Made by a program: the position numbers and the translations under genes. A stretch of 64,000 bases of DNA. Source: a virus. The DNA lies in the IMG/VR virus record IMGVR_UViG_3300028374_000008, positions 37,887-101,886 of that record, one strand, 5' to 3'. The notes under the pieces are model-generated. The model did no database searches. It had not been told where the DNA came from and worked only from the letters and a program-made list of their open reading frames with translations. Positions 17,456 through 27,986 of this stretch are shown in pieces (the stretch's first letter is position 1; each line of letters opens with the position of its first letter).

Positions 17456-17836
17456 CCACCCCCACAGAAGATAGTTCGACACTGTGAGGACAGCGGTTGT
17501 GCTTTGGAGTCCGCGGCCATCTCTTTTGTATGCCTCGACTTCCAGTTCAACGCGGCCGCGGCGCGTGATGTATTTCCACACAAACTTCCACAGCCCCATG
17601 CGGTCACGCTGCTCAACGTGTACTTGCTCGTGTCGGTAGACGCGGTCACCTGGCTCTGCAAGGCCATCAGGCGGCGAGTAGATCGTGCGGGTAAAGACCG
17701 ACACCGTATGGAACGTGCGGCGGTACTTCTTCCACCACGTACACGCGACGAGTGCCGCGCCGTAGTAGAATATGCCAAGCCAAAGCCAGTCCAGCGCCTT
17801 GTATTTTCCGTGTGGGCGTACGTCTAATTCACTCAT
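17381..17836 (-). CDS. Small HExxH metallopeptidase-like membrane protein
   Basis: HEQVHVEQ...ELEVEAY zincin-like motif and N-terminal hydrophobic helix. Confidence 0.6.
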   Translation of the reverse strand: MSELDVRPHGKYKALDWLWLGIFYYGAALVACTWWKKYRRTFHTVSVFTRTIYSPPDGLAEPGDRVYRHEQVHVEQRDRMGLWKFVWKYITRRGRVELEVEAYKRDGRGLQSTTAVLTVSNYLLWGWSDERVAGVIYDRWKELDVVSEHDS

Positions 17837-18300
17837 GGCTTCACCATCCAACCACCGATAAACCCGGCGGCAGCGCCTGTGATGAGCGCCGCGACAAGCC
17901 AGGGTAGTCCGCCTCCAAACACGGACATCGCTTTGGCTTCTTCGGCTTCCTTGACAGCGTCTAAGTACTTGGGAAAGATCTCGTCGGCACGCTTCTCCAT
18001 CTTGTCGGCGCGTTTCTTCTGTGCAAGCCGTGCCTGCTCCTCGAGCTCAAACGATTCTTGCAGATACTCCAGCGACACCTGCAGGGCTGGCACCGCCCGG
18101 TGCAGCCAGACGTACTGGTTGCGCAGCTCGAGGTAGACTTTGAAGTTGTCCTTGTCGAGGCACTTACGCTCCGGGGCACAGTCTGTGAAGACAGGCCGCT
18201 CTACGAACTCAAACTCCGCAGTGTCTGAGCTGTCTTGTGCCAACGTAACGGAAGGAGCCAGCGCGATGAGCACGGCGAAGAAGACGATAAGTTGTCGCAT
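17833..18300 (-). CDS. Signal-peptide protein with coiled coil and C-terminal TM helix (spanin-like lysis accessory)
   Basis: MRQLIVFFAVLIALAPSVTLA signal peptide and C-terminal hydrophobic helix. Confidence 0.5.
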   Translation of the reverse strand: MRQLIVFFAVLIALAPSVTLAQDSSDTAEFEFVERPVFTDCAPERKCLDKDNFKVYLELRNQYVWLHRAVPALQVSLEYLQESFELEEQARLAQKKRADKMEKRADEIFPKYLDAVKEAEEAKAMSVFGGGLPWLVAALITGAAAGFIGGWMVKP

Positions 18301-18316
18301 GGTGTGCCTGTAGGGG

Positions 18317-18709
18317 CTAATTGATTTCGCTCTCCAAACGCTCGAGCTCGTCCCACGAGTCGGCGCCTTTGATGGCCGCGACGATAGATTGGCGTCGCTC
18401 CTTCGCTTCGTTGAGCTCAGCTTGGATCTTTGCAGCTTCCTTGGACGCTTCGATTGCTTCTTTGTGTAGCCGCTCCGACTCTTCCTGGCTGGCGGCGCTC
18501 TCTGCTTTGAGCTGGGCTTGCTTGGCGGCGTCTTCTGCGGTGCGGCCTTTGGCTTTAAGGCGCGCCTCTTTTTTAGCTGCCACAACCCACACGATGACAA
18601 TCACAAGGAACAGCACGGCCAAGACAATCGCCCACCACCACCGGATGTACCACGGTGATTTGGCGTCGCCGATGACCTTACGTCGTATGTCTAAGAAAAT
18701 GGGTTCCAT
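18317..18709 (-). CDS. Inner-membrane spanin-like protein
   Basis: N-terminal TM helix followed by an Ala/Glu/Lys coiled coil. Confidence 0.5.
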   Translation of the reverse strand: MEPIFLDIRRKVIGDAKSPWYIRWWWAIVLAVLFLVIVIVWVVAAKKEARLKAKGRTAEDAAKQAQLKAESAASQEESERLHKEAIEASKEAAKIQAELNEAKERRQSIVAAIKGADSWDELERLESEIN

Positions 18710-21096
18710 TATAGACCCGAGTCTCCAAGAGGCGTCGCGAGCAGGCGGTACACGTTTAACTGGTCGGACGCTGTCAGACGGCGGAACAGCTGGTCGTGGC
18801 GATACACTCGTAGCAGCGAGATGCGGCCGGTGCCACCGCTGAAGCCCGTGAGAATAAAGAAATCGCCATTACGTTCAATACGCGGGTTGGTGTACCCCGA
18901 GGCGATGGCGAACGCTGCGCGGAACCCAAAGTTACGCTTACCGTATAGCTGGATGCTATTCGCTGGGTCGACGTACGCGACGTAGTCCTGGTCCACGGCC
19001 AACCCGTTCGGGACAGACGCGCCGGGCGCTGGAGTAGGCACTGCCTGAAGTAGACCTGTGAGAGAACTCTCGGTTGTCTCCTCGCCGCTCCACTTGTTCA
19101 GGACCAGCACGTACCCCAAGTCTGCTCCGTCGCTCACCTGAAGCCACAGGTGCTGCGGGTCACATTTCATAGCCCGGTTTGTGAAAACGTCGGTGGTACC
19201 TGTGAAAGCGTAGTCCCATGAGGACGAAGAGCCGGCGCCTTTGTTTGCGAGTGCGCGGACGTTGAACGACCCTGTCCCAGCAGGTCCCGCTACGTACACG
19301 TAGAACCCGTCGGTACATACGGAGATAAGTGCGGCGCCATGCGCGTACGCCCAATCGTCAGTCGCGGACCCTGCAGTCATGTCTAAACGGCTCACGGTCC
19401 CGTCCAACAAGACCAAGAACAAGTACTCGTCGTCCATGCACATATCGCGCACGTCAGAGCCTGATGTGTACGTCCACACGGATGCGCCAGTCGACGCGTT
19501 GTAAAGCTCTACGTCTGTACCGTCCGCCACAGCAAAGTAGGCGCCGTTTGTGCACAGCGAAGAATCCGGAGCGGCAGCGACCGCCGTCGCGTATGTTTGC
19601 TCAACAACGCTTAGGTTAGTGAGGTCACGCCGCTCGGCGGTCGAACCGCCGTCATCGTACAGCAAGTACACGTAGCGACCGTCTGTACACGCGTTTAAGC
19701 TAACGACTGCTGCGCCGAAAGACTCCGTGCGTTCAAACATGTAGAACGAGATATCCGTCGGCTCCAGCGTCTTAACGAGCAGAACTTCTTTGTTCGTCGT
19801 GCCCGCGATGAACTCGTGGACCGAGCTGGCGACCGCCGTGTTGTCTTGCAGCGTAGAAATAGCTGCAGCGTTTGTTGTGATTTCGGTGTCAACAGCCTCG
19901 TTAAACTCTTGCTGCGACTCTAACGCTGTGCTGATTGTAACAAAAGGAGTTGCGTCGATGCCGAGACGTTTGGCCCCTTCATCAACACCTGACGCCGGCG
20001 GCGCCGCAATCGGCCGTTCGTAGTCCGCACGAATGCTGTTCGCCGTCGCTTCCAAGATACCGAAGTTTGCAAGTCGGATGTCCGTCACAGGAAACGATTT
20101 AATCAGCACGCTCCCGTCTGCCAGCGTGAAAGAATCGTCAACGACACGCCCAACGACCACGCAGTCCGGCGCCTTCTCAGGCTCTGCCGACAGGTTCACC
20201 AGGCTTGCGCCCGGGATGAGATGCTCGTTGGAGTTTTCTTCGACAGACTCCCGTCGGTTCTGGACCGTTGAGTACCAGATGGCGAGCGTGTCCCCTTCGT
20301 TGAGTTCGTTGTCTGACGTTGCAGCAAAGAACGCTGCCAAGGCGGTATCTGTAATTTCGTGGAACAGACCGTCCCCGCCTGAGGTGAGCGTCGTCGGCCC
20401 GAGGTCGACCATCGCCCCGTCTGTGCCAGTCGTTGCGCTGACCAAAACATTGACGGTGCCGTCCGCGTTGATGGCGTCGACGATGTCTTGCGTCGTGTGG
20501 CCCAGGCCCGAGTCGTACTGGACCACGATCTCATGTAAGCCAGGCTGTACAGCTTCGTTGCTTACGACCTCGCCATTTAGGTCGATGTTAATCGCGCCGG
20601 CACCGGACAAGTCGACAGTCTCCACAGACAGATTAAAGCTGCCGTCAAAATCAAAGACGACGGCTGTCACCGTAAAGTCGTTGACGCCTACGGTACCCAA
20701 CGTTGCGGTAGCGTAACGCGTCGGGAAGCGTGTGCCGCCTCCCTCGTTGGAGTCTCCGCGTGCCTCGCCGGGCGTCGTACCCGGCACTGCAATGAGCGAC
20801 GCGCCAGAGGACAGCGCAAGTGCTCCCGTACCGCCGCTGGCAGTGACTCCTCCCCAGGCGATGGATCCGCCGCTTGAGAGCTGGAAGAACAGTGAGCGGT
20901 CGTTGTCACGCAGCCACCGTGCTTCGTTTGATTCAATGCGCAGCGCCTCAGAGCGTGCACGCAGCACCTCGTCCGGGCGGGACAGTGTCGCCTGGTCCGC
21001 CTGCTCCCCGTTTTGGATGGGCGAGATTGAGTCGGTAGAGGCTTCGCCCGAGTCATTGCCCGACGGCGTAGTCTGGAAGTCGATTACTTTAGTCAT
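18709..21096 (-). CDS. Tail fibre / receptor-binding-like protein with C-terminal beta-propeller repeats
   Basis: 795 aa; repeated (C)TDG.YVY / W.Y motifs; position in the tail module. Confidence 0.65.
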   Translation of the reverse strand: MTKVIDFQTTPSGNDSGEASTDSISPIQNGEQADQATLSRPDEVLRARSEALRIESNEARWLRDNDRSLFFQLSSGGSIAWGGVTASGGTGALALSSGASLIAVPGTTPGEARGDSNEGGGTRFPTRYATATLGTVGVNDFTVTAVVFDFDGSFNLSVETVDLSGAGAINIDLNGEVVSNEAVQPGLHEIVVQYDSGLGHTTQDIVDAINADGTVNVLVSATTGTDGAMVDLGPTTLTSGGDGLFHEITDTALAAFFAATSDNELNEGDTLAIWYSTVQNRRESVEENSNEHLIPGASLVNLSAEPEKAPDCVVVGRVVDDSFTLADGSVLIKSFPVTDIRLANFGILEATANSIRADYERPIAAPPASGVDEGAKRLGIDATPFVTISTALESQQEFNEAVDTEITTNAAAISTLQDNTAVASSVHEFIAGTTNKEVLLVKTLEPTDISFYMFERTESFGAAVVSLNACTDGRYVYLLYDDGGSTAERRDLTNLSVVEQTYATAVAAAPDSSLCTNGAYFAVADGTDVELYNASTGASVWTYTSGSDVRDMCMDDEYLFLVLLDGTVSRLDMTAGSATDDWAYAHGAALISVCTDGFYVYVAGPAGTGSFNVRALANKGAGSSSSWDYAFTGTTDVFTNRAMKCDPQHLWLQVSDGADLGYVLVLNKWSGEETTESSLTGLLQAVPTPAPGASVPNGLAVDQDYVAYVDPANSIQLYGKRNFGFRAAFAIASGYTNPRIERNGDFFILTGFSGGTGRISLLRVYRHDQLFRRLTASDQLNVYRLLATPLGDSGL

Positions 21097-21109
21097 CTTG
21101 AAATCCTTA

Positions 21110-21634
21110 TCAGACGATGGAGTACTGCACGTCCCACACGTAGCTTATGGCGAGGTCGGCGGTTTTGGTGATGGCGGGGTAGACCTGTCGGCACACAAGT
21201 AGTTCGTTGGCTGCGCCTGCCAGGCCATCGGATACTGTGTAGATGCCCGCTGCGCGGAGGGTAGACCCGTTTGCTTCGCCAGTCCCTACCTCTGCGCGGA
21301 ACTGCACCAGCCCTGAGATGCCGCCCAAGTCAATGTCCACATCAGCTGCGCGGTCGAACACGTAGTCTTTGACTACCGTACCCGTAGGGCCGGTGTCGCT
21401 GGCCGACGCGCCTGACGCAAAGGGCGTAGCGCTTGCTTCAATCTGCATGCTGTTAAACGCCAGCTCCGTGACGTCTGCCACCGCAGCTTTCTGCGTAATC
21501 AGGGCAGCAAGCACTTCCAGGTGCACGGTCGTGATCTGATTTTTCTTTGCGGAGACACAGGTCTTCTCTCCGGTCGACGTGTTTACCACGTAAACCTTTA
21601 GGAAGCCTTGCATAAGTGCGTTTTCAGATTTCAT
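21110..21634 (-). CDS. Tail collar / baseplate distal protein
   Basis: KNQIT..., EANG..LR.AGIY, R..YPAITKT.D....Y.W motif typical of tail-collar proteins. Confidence 0.7.
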   Translation of the reverse strand: MKSENALMQGFLKVYVVNTSTGEKTCVSAKKNQITTVHLEVLAALITQKAAVADVTELAFNSMQIEASATPFASGASASDTGPTGTVVKDYVFDRAADVDIDLGGISGLVQFRAEVGTGEANGSTLRAAGIYTVSDGLAGAANELLVCRQVYPAITKTADLAISYVWDVQYSIV

Positions 21635-21716
21635 GGGCTGCTCACAGTTTCGCCAGGTGTGTAATCTACCGAGCGGCGAATGTTTTTACCATGCGTGATC
21701 GCGTGTAACCACTGTA

Positions 21717-21866
21717 TCACGTACCGCCGTTGTAGAGTGCGAGAACGTCGGCAGGTGTAGAATGCGCATCTGTAAACGTAACCTCGTCAATCCTACCAAC
21801 CCAAAGCTGCGCGGCGATTGCTGCCTCGCGCCAGGCGAGCAGGAGTTGTTCGGTCGTGTAGGTCAA
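21717..21866 (-). pseudogene. Remnant resembling the C-terminus of a LamG domain (49 aa)
   Basis: Translates as ...WVGRIDEVTFTDAHSTPADVLALYNGGT*. Confidence 0.45.
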
Positions 21867-24800
21867 AACGGACCCCCCCACTCAGACTCAAGGAAGCCCC
21901 AAACCTCGTCGCGCTGCGCCTCGGTGAGCGTGCCATCGTAGACGACCAGCTCGTGGATATAGCCCGTCCACGGAGTCGCGTTGTATCCGGCGCCCACAAA
22001 CACGCGGGTAGGCGACGGGCCTTCCGGCAATCCGTCGCCCCCGGCAATCGTCGAGTCAACCCGCGTCCGGGCATCATATAGCCCGGTCACAGACGTGGTC
22101 CCGTGAATCGCAGTCAGCATATTTCTTGCGTTGTTCGAGAATGAGCCGCCCGCGAAAAACTCGACCCCCGACACGCGATCTATCGCAGAGACGAATCCGG
22201 TGGTCGCGGTCGCGGAGCCCGCATACATCTCGAATGTTGAGTCCGACGCAGAGTCGCTGCCTCCGTCCATCATAACAACACCCTGGTACAGCACCCCCGC
22301 GGTGTGTTCTGCCACGGCGAAAACTGTAATCCCGGTCGAAAAATCCGGAGAAAACGCCGACGATAGCTTGTCGTCGGCCCCGTCGTATTGGACAGCGGCG
22401 ACACCAGCGACCGTTGTTTTCGTCGGTCGCGCGGACCCTGAGCCTGCGACCGCCAACCCGCTGTGTCGGTCGGTCCAGCTGTCGACCGGGTCACTGTCGG
22501 CCAGCGCGGCGAGGCTTTTCGCAGACCAGTCCCACGACGTGACGCCAGCGAATTCAGGCGCAAACAACACTGGCGCCTGCAGAAACACCTGGTTGTTTGT
22601 GCTTTGAAGCGTCACAAGAACAGGCCAGCTTGTGATGTAATTACCTGAGGACGTCTTCTCGACGACAGGGTTTGCGCCTCCGACGGCCGTATGTGTGAAC
22701 GACGTTCGAGGCGCCGAGAAGTAGTACTCAACGCCAGTCTCAGATGTGAGTGCGGGGGCAGCGCCTGTGACAACACCGACCAGCGTTGCCTTCCCGCCAC
22801 TGCTAACGTCGACGATGCGGAAACGTCGCGGCGTGCCCTGCACCTTAATGACGACTTCGTGGCGGAAATCGAACTGATTGAGCTCAACGTCAAACGTCGC
22901 GGTGTCACCTACGATGTTTACAGAGCCACCAAAGGTCGGTGCGACGCGCTGCAGTACCGACGGTGTACCCGCGATGTAGCCCACCGACACGCCTTCAACC
23001 GTTGCGCCCGTGTTAAATGACGTCACCTTTGCGGCCAGAAGCCGTCCGTGTGTGAGTACGGCCTTCTGGTTAGTGCCAGGCGCCAACGTGAACATCTCAC
23101 CCGTGGCAACGAATGATGCGCCCGCCCACGCGTACAATTCTACTTGTGCACGTGGGTCGACGCCGCCGCTTTCCTGGTACATGAACACCAGTGTTTCGAC
23201 TTCACCGGAGTCCGGAAGCTCTGTGACCGTACCAAAGTCGTCTTTCCGGACAGTGGTGTACCACGCAAGCTGCGGGCCCGAGTACGTGTAGTACGTCCCA
23301 ATCTCGGTACCGCCACCTACTTCAAACGCGCTGTCTACCTCCGACATAAGCTCGGCGTCTAAGTCAGGTTTGCCGACGATGAGGAGCTCGTCGTCGCCGA
23401 CACCAACCTCGTCTTGAAACTGCCCGGCTGCGTCGACAAGCAGGTACGTGTAGGCGGACCTGCCTTCAAGCAACACGTCGCGGATGTCGCGTTGAGCACG
23501 TGGGAACTCAATGTCGGGGTAGGCGGCGAAGTCGTAGCTGACGTTGAAGATGTGGTTCTTCAATAGCCGGCTCATGTAATTGTAGCCGGGACTATGCGTC
23601 AGCGCCGGGCGGCCTTCGATGGACCACTCCGCGCCGACTAAGCCGGTTGCCGATGGTTCCAAGAAAAACGACGGGGTTGTACCGTCTAAGTTGTCTACGA
23701 GGACCCGATTACTTGCCAGCACGCCGGTGACAACGTAGTCGCCTGTCGGTATGGCCGACGCAGATACGACGCGTATGACCGTGCCAATGTCCGCCCGCGT
23801 AAACGACGGTCCAAACGTAATAACAAATTCGTTTGAGCCCAGCGTGACAACACTCAGCTTAAAGGAGTAGTTACTCGCCAAAAATCCGGAGATGTCCAAC
23901 GGCGACGACGTGCCGTCCGTGATGGAGAAGTTGTCACGGTCTACCGCGGACACGATCTCATATTCTGTGCCCGCAATGGTGATCGTTTTTGTCTCATCAG
24001 ATGTCCGGACGACGTCACCTACGACCTCTAACTGCGCCGTGACGCTTAAGTTGTAGAACAGAGACTTACCTGTGCGCCGCGCCGGCACGGTTCCGTAGCT
24101 GTCTCCGCCTACGGTGTAGAATAAGTCGCCCACTTTAAAGCGTGGGTTGCCTACCCGGTTCTCGTACAACGTTGTGTCGACGCTACGCCGTTGCGCCGTC
24201 TCTCCCGGCCAGAGCTCATCCGGGATGACTTCGGTGTAGTACCAGGTCGGGTTTGAGATGTAGTCGTCGACCTCAAACACAATCGATAACGGCTGGAACG
24301 CTTCGAGCGTGTCCCCTACAGAGAGCGCGGGGTCGATGGACCCGGCAGGCAGTCTGTACACTTCGATGTCTGTTACGACGATGTCCGCAGCGCCGCCCGT
24401 TGTGATGGACGCAATGACTTCGCCGTCCTGACGCGCAACGGGTATGCCGCTGATAACGTTAAGCGCCGACTCAATACGCCGAAGCGACGGGCCCAAGATG
24501 AAGTAGCGAAAGATGCCCTGCAGAAGCGCGCGATACGATTCCGTACTTGGCTCGTACCGGTTCAACAGATACCCGAAGGACAGCCACAAGTTCTCTCGGT
24601 CAAAGAGCGCGTCGGGTATCCAGTAAGAGAGCTGTGTCACCCGTGACGGTGACTGGTGCGTCCACTGCAACGTGTCATCGTCTACAGGGTCGAACACCGT
24701 CTCTTCGGTAAACGTGACCTGCAGCCCTGAGTCAACGGTTTCAATGGTGTAGAGCAGCTCACGGTCTTGACGTGTGGGGTCAACGAACAAGATCTGTGTA

Positions 24801-25558
24801 CCGACATCGAACTGCGTAAAGTACTCCGTGTCGCGTACTTCCCACCGCACGCCCGTCGCTGCGCTTACGTATGAACCATCGAGCACCACCGTGCGCGCGT
24901 CGACAACGCTCAAAATCTCACGTTCAAGTGTCGCCCCGCTGTCGGGATGTGACAGTACACGACCAACGTCATCGGCAGTGAAGGCGGCGCGTGCGGACAC
25001 AAACGAGTTGCTTGCGGGGAACGTTCCATCGGTCCCACTTCTAACAACTCCGCGTGTAACAAACACGTCAGCGGTGGGCGTTACCTTTCCGTCCCCAGCA
25101 TTCCGAAACACCGTAGGGACAATGTCTATCTCGCGCGACGCGACACCGTTCGTTGTGTTGAACGGGTCAGCGAAGAAGCGCAGCTCGTCGGCGTCGGCGT
25201 CGATATCGAAGTCGATGTCGACCTCAAGCGACACCGTTGGGTCGTAGACGCGGTTGAGCAGGAACATCGCTTCACGCAGCTTGTCGTCGAGCGCTAAGTT
25301 CCACGTCTGGGACTCAAGGTCATACCGGACCTGGTCTTGGCGCACCGTCAGCAAGTACCAGTACTCTTTGTTGAACAGCGGGACGTCGTCTAAGTTTGCG
25401 TTCAGAACCTGGGTAACCATGTCCAGGTACGCCTGTCCCAACTGAACTTCCGTGGCGGCATAAAGCCCGTTCAAGATGTCCCGGTCAGCAAAGAATCGCT
25501 GCCAGAAATCTGATAAGCCAGTCAGAAGTGTTTGTGCCTGGTTGGTCAGCACGGCCAT
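21863..25558 (-). CDS. Baseplate wedge-like protein with C-terminal LamG/ConA-like domain
   Basis: 1231 aa; follows the baseplate J-like gene; C-terminus WTGYIHELVVYDGTLT. Confidence 0.7.
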   Translation of the reverse strand: MAVLTNQAQTLLTGLSDFWQRFFADRDILNGLYAATEVQLGQAYLDMVTQVLNANLDDVPLFNKEYWYLLTVRQDQVRYDLESQTWNLALDDKLREAMFLLNRVYDPTVSLEVDIDFDIDADADELRFFADPFNTTNGVASREIDIVPTVFRNAGDGKVTPTADVFVTRGVVRSGTDGTFPASNSFVSARAAFTADDVGRVLSHPDSGATLEREILSVVDARTVVLDGSYVSAATGVRWEVRDTEYFTQFDVGTQILFVDPTRQDRELLYTIETVDSGLQVTFTEETVFDPVDDDTLQWTHQSPSRVTQLSYWIPDALFDRENLWLSFGYLLNRYEPSTESYRALLQGIFRYFILGPSLRRIESALNVISGIPVARQDGEVIASITTGGAADIVVTDIEVYRLPAGSIDPALSVGDTLEAFQPLSIVFEVDDYISNPTWYYTEVIPDELWPGETAQRRSVDTTLYENRVGNPRFKVGDLFYTVGGDSYGTVPARRTGKSLFYNLSVTAQLEVVGDVVRTSDETKTITIAGTEYEIVSAVDRDNFSITDGTSSPLDISGFLASNYSFKLSVVTLGSNEFVITFGPSFTRADIGTVIRVVSASAIPTGDYVVTGVLASNRVLVDNLDGTTPSFFLEPSATGLVGAEWSIEGRPALTHSPGYNYMSRLLKNHIFNVSYDFAAYPDIEFPRAQRDIRDVLLEGRSAYTYLLVDAAGQFQDEVGVGDDELLIVGKPDLDAELMSEVDSAFEVGGGTEIGTYYTYSGPQLAWYTTVRKDDFGTVTELPDSGEVETLVFMYQESGGVDPRAQVELYAWAGASFVATGEMFTLAPGTNQKAVLTHGRLLAAKVTSFNTGATVEGVSVGYIAGTPSVLQRVAPTFGGSVNIVGDTATFDVELNQFDFRHEVVIKVQGTPRRFRIVDVSSGGKATLVGVVTGAAPALTSETGVEYYFSAPRTSFTHTAVGGANPVVEKTSSGNYITSWPVLVTLQSTNNQVFLQAPVLFAPEFAGVTSWDWSAKSLAALADSDPVDSWTDRHSGLAVAGSGSARPTKTTVAGVAAVQYDGADDKLSSAFSPDFSTGITVFAVAEHTAGVLYQGVVMMDGGSDSASDSTFEMYAGSATATTGFVSAIDRVSGVEFFAGGSFSNNARNMLTAIHGTTSVTGLYDARTRVDSTIAGGDGLPEGPSPTRVFVGAGYNATPWTGYIHELVVYDGTLTEAQRDEVWGFLESEWGGPF

Positions 25559-27984
25559 TAGGACACCTGAGTCAGAGTGATCAAATCTATGGACGAGAGG
25601 TAGCGCACATTAGGGTCAACGACGCCGAGTGTGAGCGGATCTTCTAAGCGGTCAATGGCATCGGGCAACGCCAACTTGTCGCGCGAGATTTCGACTGCGT
25701 CTGTTGTCTCATACGTAATCAAGCGTCCGTCTGGCGCGTAGAAATCATACGTGACCGTAATCGGCAGCTCGACGTAGCCCACCTCGGCAGAGTTCTGGCT
25801 CTGGAACGCGGTCACGATGTCTGAGACGTGGATGGTATCGTCGGCGGGGAAGGCGTTGATGTAGTTAATCAACCCAAGCTTGGCGACCTCTGCGTCGAAG
25901 AACGCGTTTGCGTTATCTCGCAAAGCATACCGGATCTCAAAGCTTAAGTACGCAGGGTGGAGCCCACGAAGAAGCGTGTTTGCGCACGCCACACGTTCGT
26001 TGTCGTCTTCGACAAACGTGTTGATGACGTCAAACTGTGACAGCGTGTCGTACACGACGCGTAGCGTTTTGTTGTTGTACTTGGTGTCCCACACCAGTTC
26101 CCACTCAAGATTTATCTCAGTAGGAGGAAACAGCGACGGGTCCGCTGCGTTCTCGATGACGACTTCGTCGGGTGCGTTGTACGTAATGATCCGCCAGTCA
26201 CCGTTGGTGCCTGTTTGGAACGAGTTTTTAATCCGTACAAGTTTGCCGCTGCCCGCGTCGGATGGGGAGAAGACGTTGGCGTTCGCAAAGAACGTGTTCA
26301 GAGTGGAGATGTTACCTTCTGTCCCCTCGAACTCGGGTGCGTAGCCCACGTCGCATACCATCATGTGCTGGGCGGACTGGCCCTCAAGGGGGACCAGGTT
26401 CTCTACCTTGTACTCGAGGGGCGCGGTCGGGTCAGGGTCAGGCTGCGTGTTGACGCGGTCCCCAAACTGTACGCGCCCTGACGCAGGGTCGGTATCCGGG
26501 TCGGCGAGGTCCAGCAGCGACACTTCGTGGATGAAGTAGATAGGCTCGCCGGGAAGCAAAATCTGTCCGTCGGCCTGGTAGTCGCGTGTAAATTCCCCTG
26601 TCGTTGCGGGACTTACTTTGTTGTCGTACGCGGGACCGATGTCCCCAATGGAGTACTCGACGACGTCGATAAGTATCTGAAACGTCAGGCCAGCCTCTAC
26701 TGTTAATCCAGAAGGCACACTCAGCGTCACTTCGTCAGCACCTGAATCGTATGACAGGATGCGGTAGTCCCCATCGTTGCCTGAGCCAGAGCCTGTAATG
26801 CGGATGTAGCGCCCAATGTCTACCGCGCTGAGCTCGGCTGCTGACGAAGAGAACGTGTCGGAGCCTGTCACCGCGCCGTCCGTAAACGTCTCACCGCTTC
26901 GCGCCAGCGTGGGGCGTACGGCAGGTAACGATTGGCGTGGGTTGACGCGTAGGAAGTACTTGCTGACTTCCTCAATGATGTAGAGCCCTGCCTCCCCTGC
27001 GTTGGCGTTGCGGATGCGCAAGATGTCTCCGGCTTCGACCAAGAACGCGGTCCAGTCGTCGACAGTCTCGTCGCGGAACAACGTAATCTCGCTGCGTGGG
27101 TCGGTGTAAATGCCGCCCACCGTGCCGTTGAACACCCGCCGCTCAAGCAGCGGTGTGTTGATGAAAACGTCGATGTGTCCGCCCAAGTGCAGGTCGATGT
27201 GCGGGGTGACCTGAACGAGGTCCCGGCGCATGCCGGTGTCACCATAGCCAAGGACAGTGAGGCTATCGATGGCAGAAAATGTTTCTTTGAGGACAGCAGA
27301 GATTGCACGTTTAGAGTTTAGGTCGCGTACCGTAATGGCTTCCGGCAGGCGCGTCAGCAACTCTTCTGACGTCTCAGGATCTTGTGCCCCGACGTACGGG
27401 TTGTCGTTCTCTGCGAAGAGCACGAAGCGGTTGAAGCGTGTAAGCCCTGCAAAGGGCCCGTTTCCCACCTCGTATTGTGTGCCGACGTTCTCAGCAATGA
27501 CGGGCACACGAAGTGTGTAGTCGATGACCTCGCCCGCCGCGTTGGTACGCGGAACCAAGTCGGATGCCTGGTAGGTGACTGCTGCGTCAGAGTCGAGTGC
27601 GAAGCGGATGTTCGACGTCTTCGTAAAGACTGTTGATGTCGGGACAAACCCGTCGTGCGTCTCACTGAAATGAATGAGCACGGTACCACGCACGGCACGT
27701 CCGCCCCGCCGCGTGACAAGCCAGTTCGACACCAGGTTGGAGACGGCTTCGTCAAAGTCGTCGGCGTTTTGTAGACGCTCAACGGTGCGTAGGCTCGTGG
27801 CGTTACGCGTGGCGGTCGCTTCTGCACGAAGCAGCGCAAAGACTGCGCCTACGGCACCGATCGTGTGGTCACGTAAGATGGCGCCAGGCGAAAAGTCTGC
27901 GTCGGGGAAGAGGTCCGTCAAGAAACGCGTCAGAAACGCTTCCGCGCTCTGTCGGTCTTCGTCTGATATGACAAGTTCGGGCAT
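25558..27984 (-). CDS. Baseplate J-like (gp6/gp47-like) wedge protein
   Basis: DFSPGAILRD, V.AENVGTQY, G.DPETSEELLTR motifs. Confidence 0.8.
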   Translation of the reverse strand: MPELVISDEDRQSAEAFLTRFLTDLFPDADFSPGAILRDHTIGAVGAVFALLRAEATATRNATSLRTVERLQNADDFDEAVSNLVSNWLVTRRGGRAVRGTVLIHFSETHDGFVPTSTVFTKTSNIRFALDSDAAVTYQASDLVPRTNAAGEVIDYTLRVPVIAENVGTQYEVGNGPFAGLTRFNRFVLFAENDNPYVGAQDPETSEELLTRLPEAITVRDLNSKRAISAVLKETFSAIDSLTVLGYGDTGMRRDLVQVTPHIDLHLGGHIDVFINTPLLERRVFNGTVGGIYTDPRSEITLFRDETVDDWTAFLVEAGDILRIRNANAGEAGLYIIEEVSKYFLRVNPRQSLPAVRPTLARSGETFTDGAVTGSDTFSSSAAELSAVDIGRYIRITGSGSGNDGDYRILSYDSGADEVTLSVPSGLTVEAGLTFQILIDVVEYSIGDIGPAYDNKVSPATTGEFTRDYQADGQILLPGEPIYFIHEVSLLDLADPDTDPASGRVQFGDRVNTQPDPDPTAPLEYKVENLVPLEGQSAQHMMVCDVGYAPEFEGTEGNISTLNTFFANANVFSPSDAGSGKLVRIKNSFQTGTNGDWRIITYNAPDEVVIENAADPSLFPPTEINLEWELVWDTKYNNKTLRVVYDTLSQFDVINTFVEDDNERVACANTLLRGLHPAYLSFEIRYALRDNANAFFDAEVAKLGLINYINAFPADDTIHVSDIVTAFQSQNSAEVGYVELPITVTYDFYAPDGRLITYETTDAVEISRDKLALPDAIDRLEDPLTLGVVDPNVRYLSSIDLITLTQVS

Positions 27985-27986
27985 GG

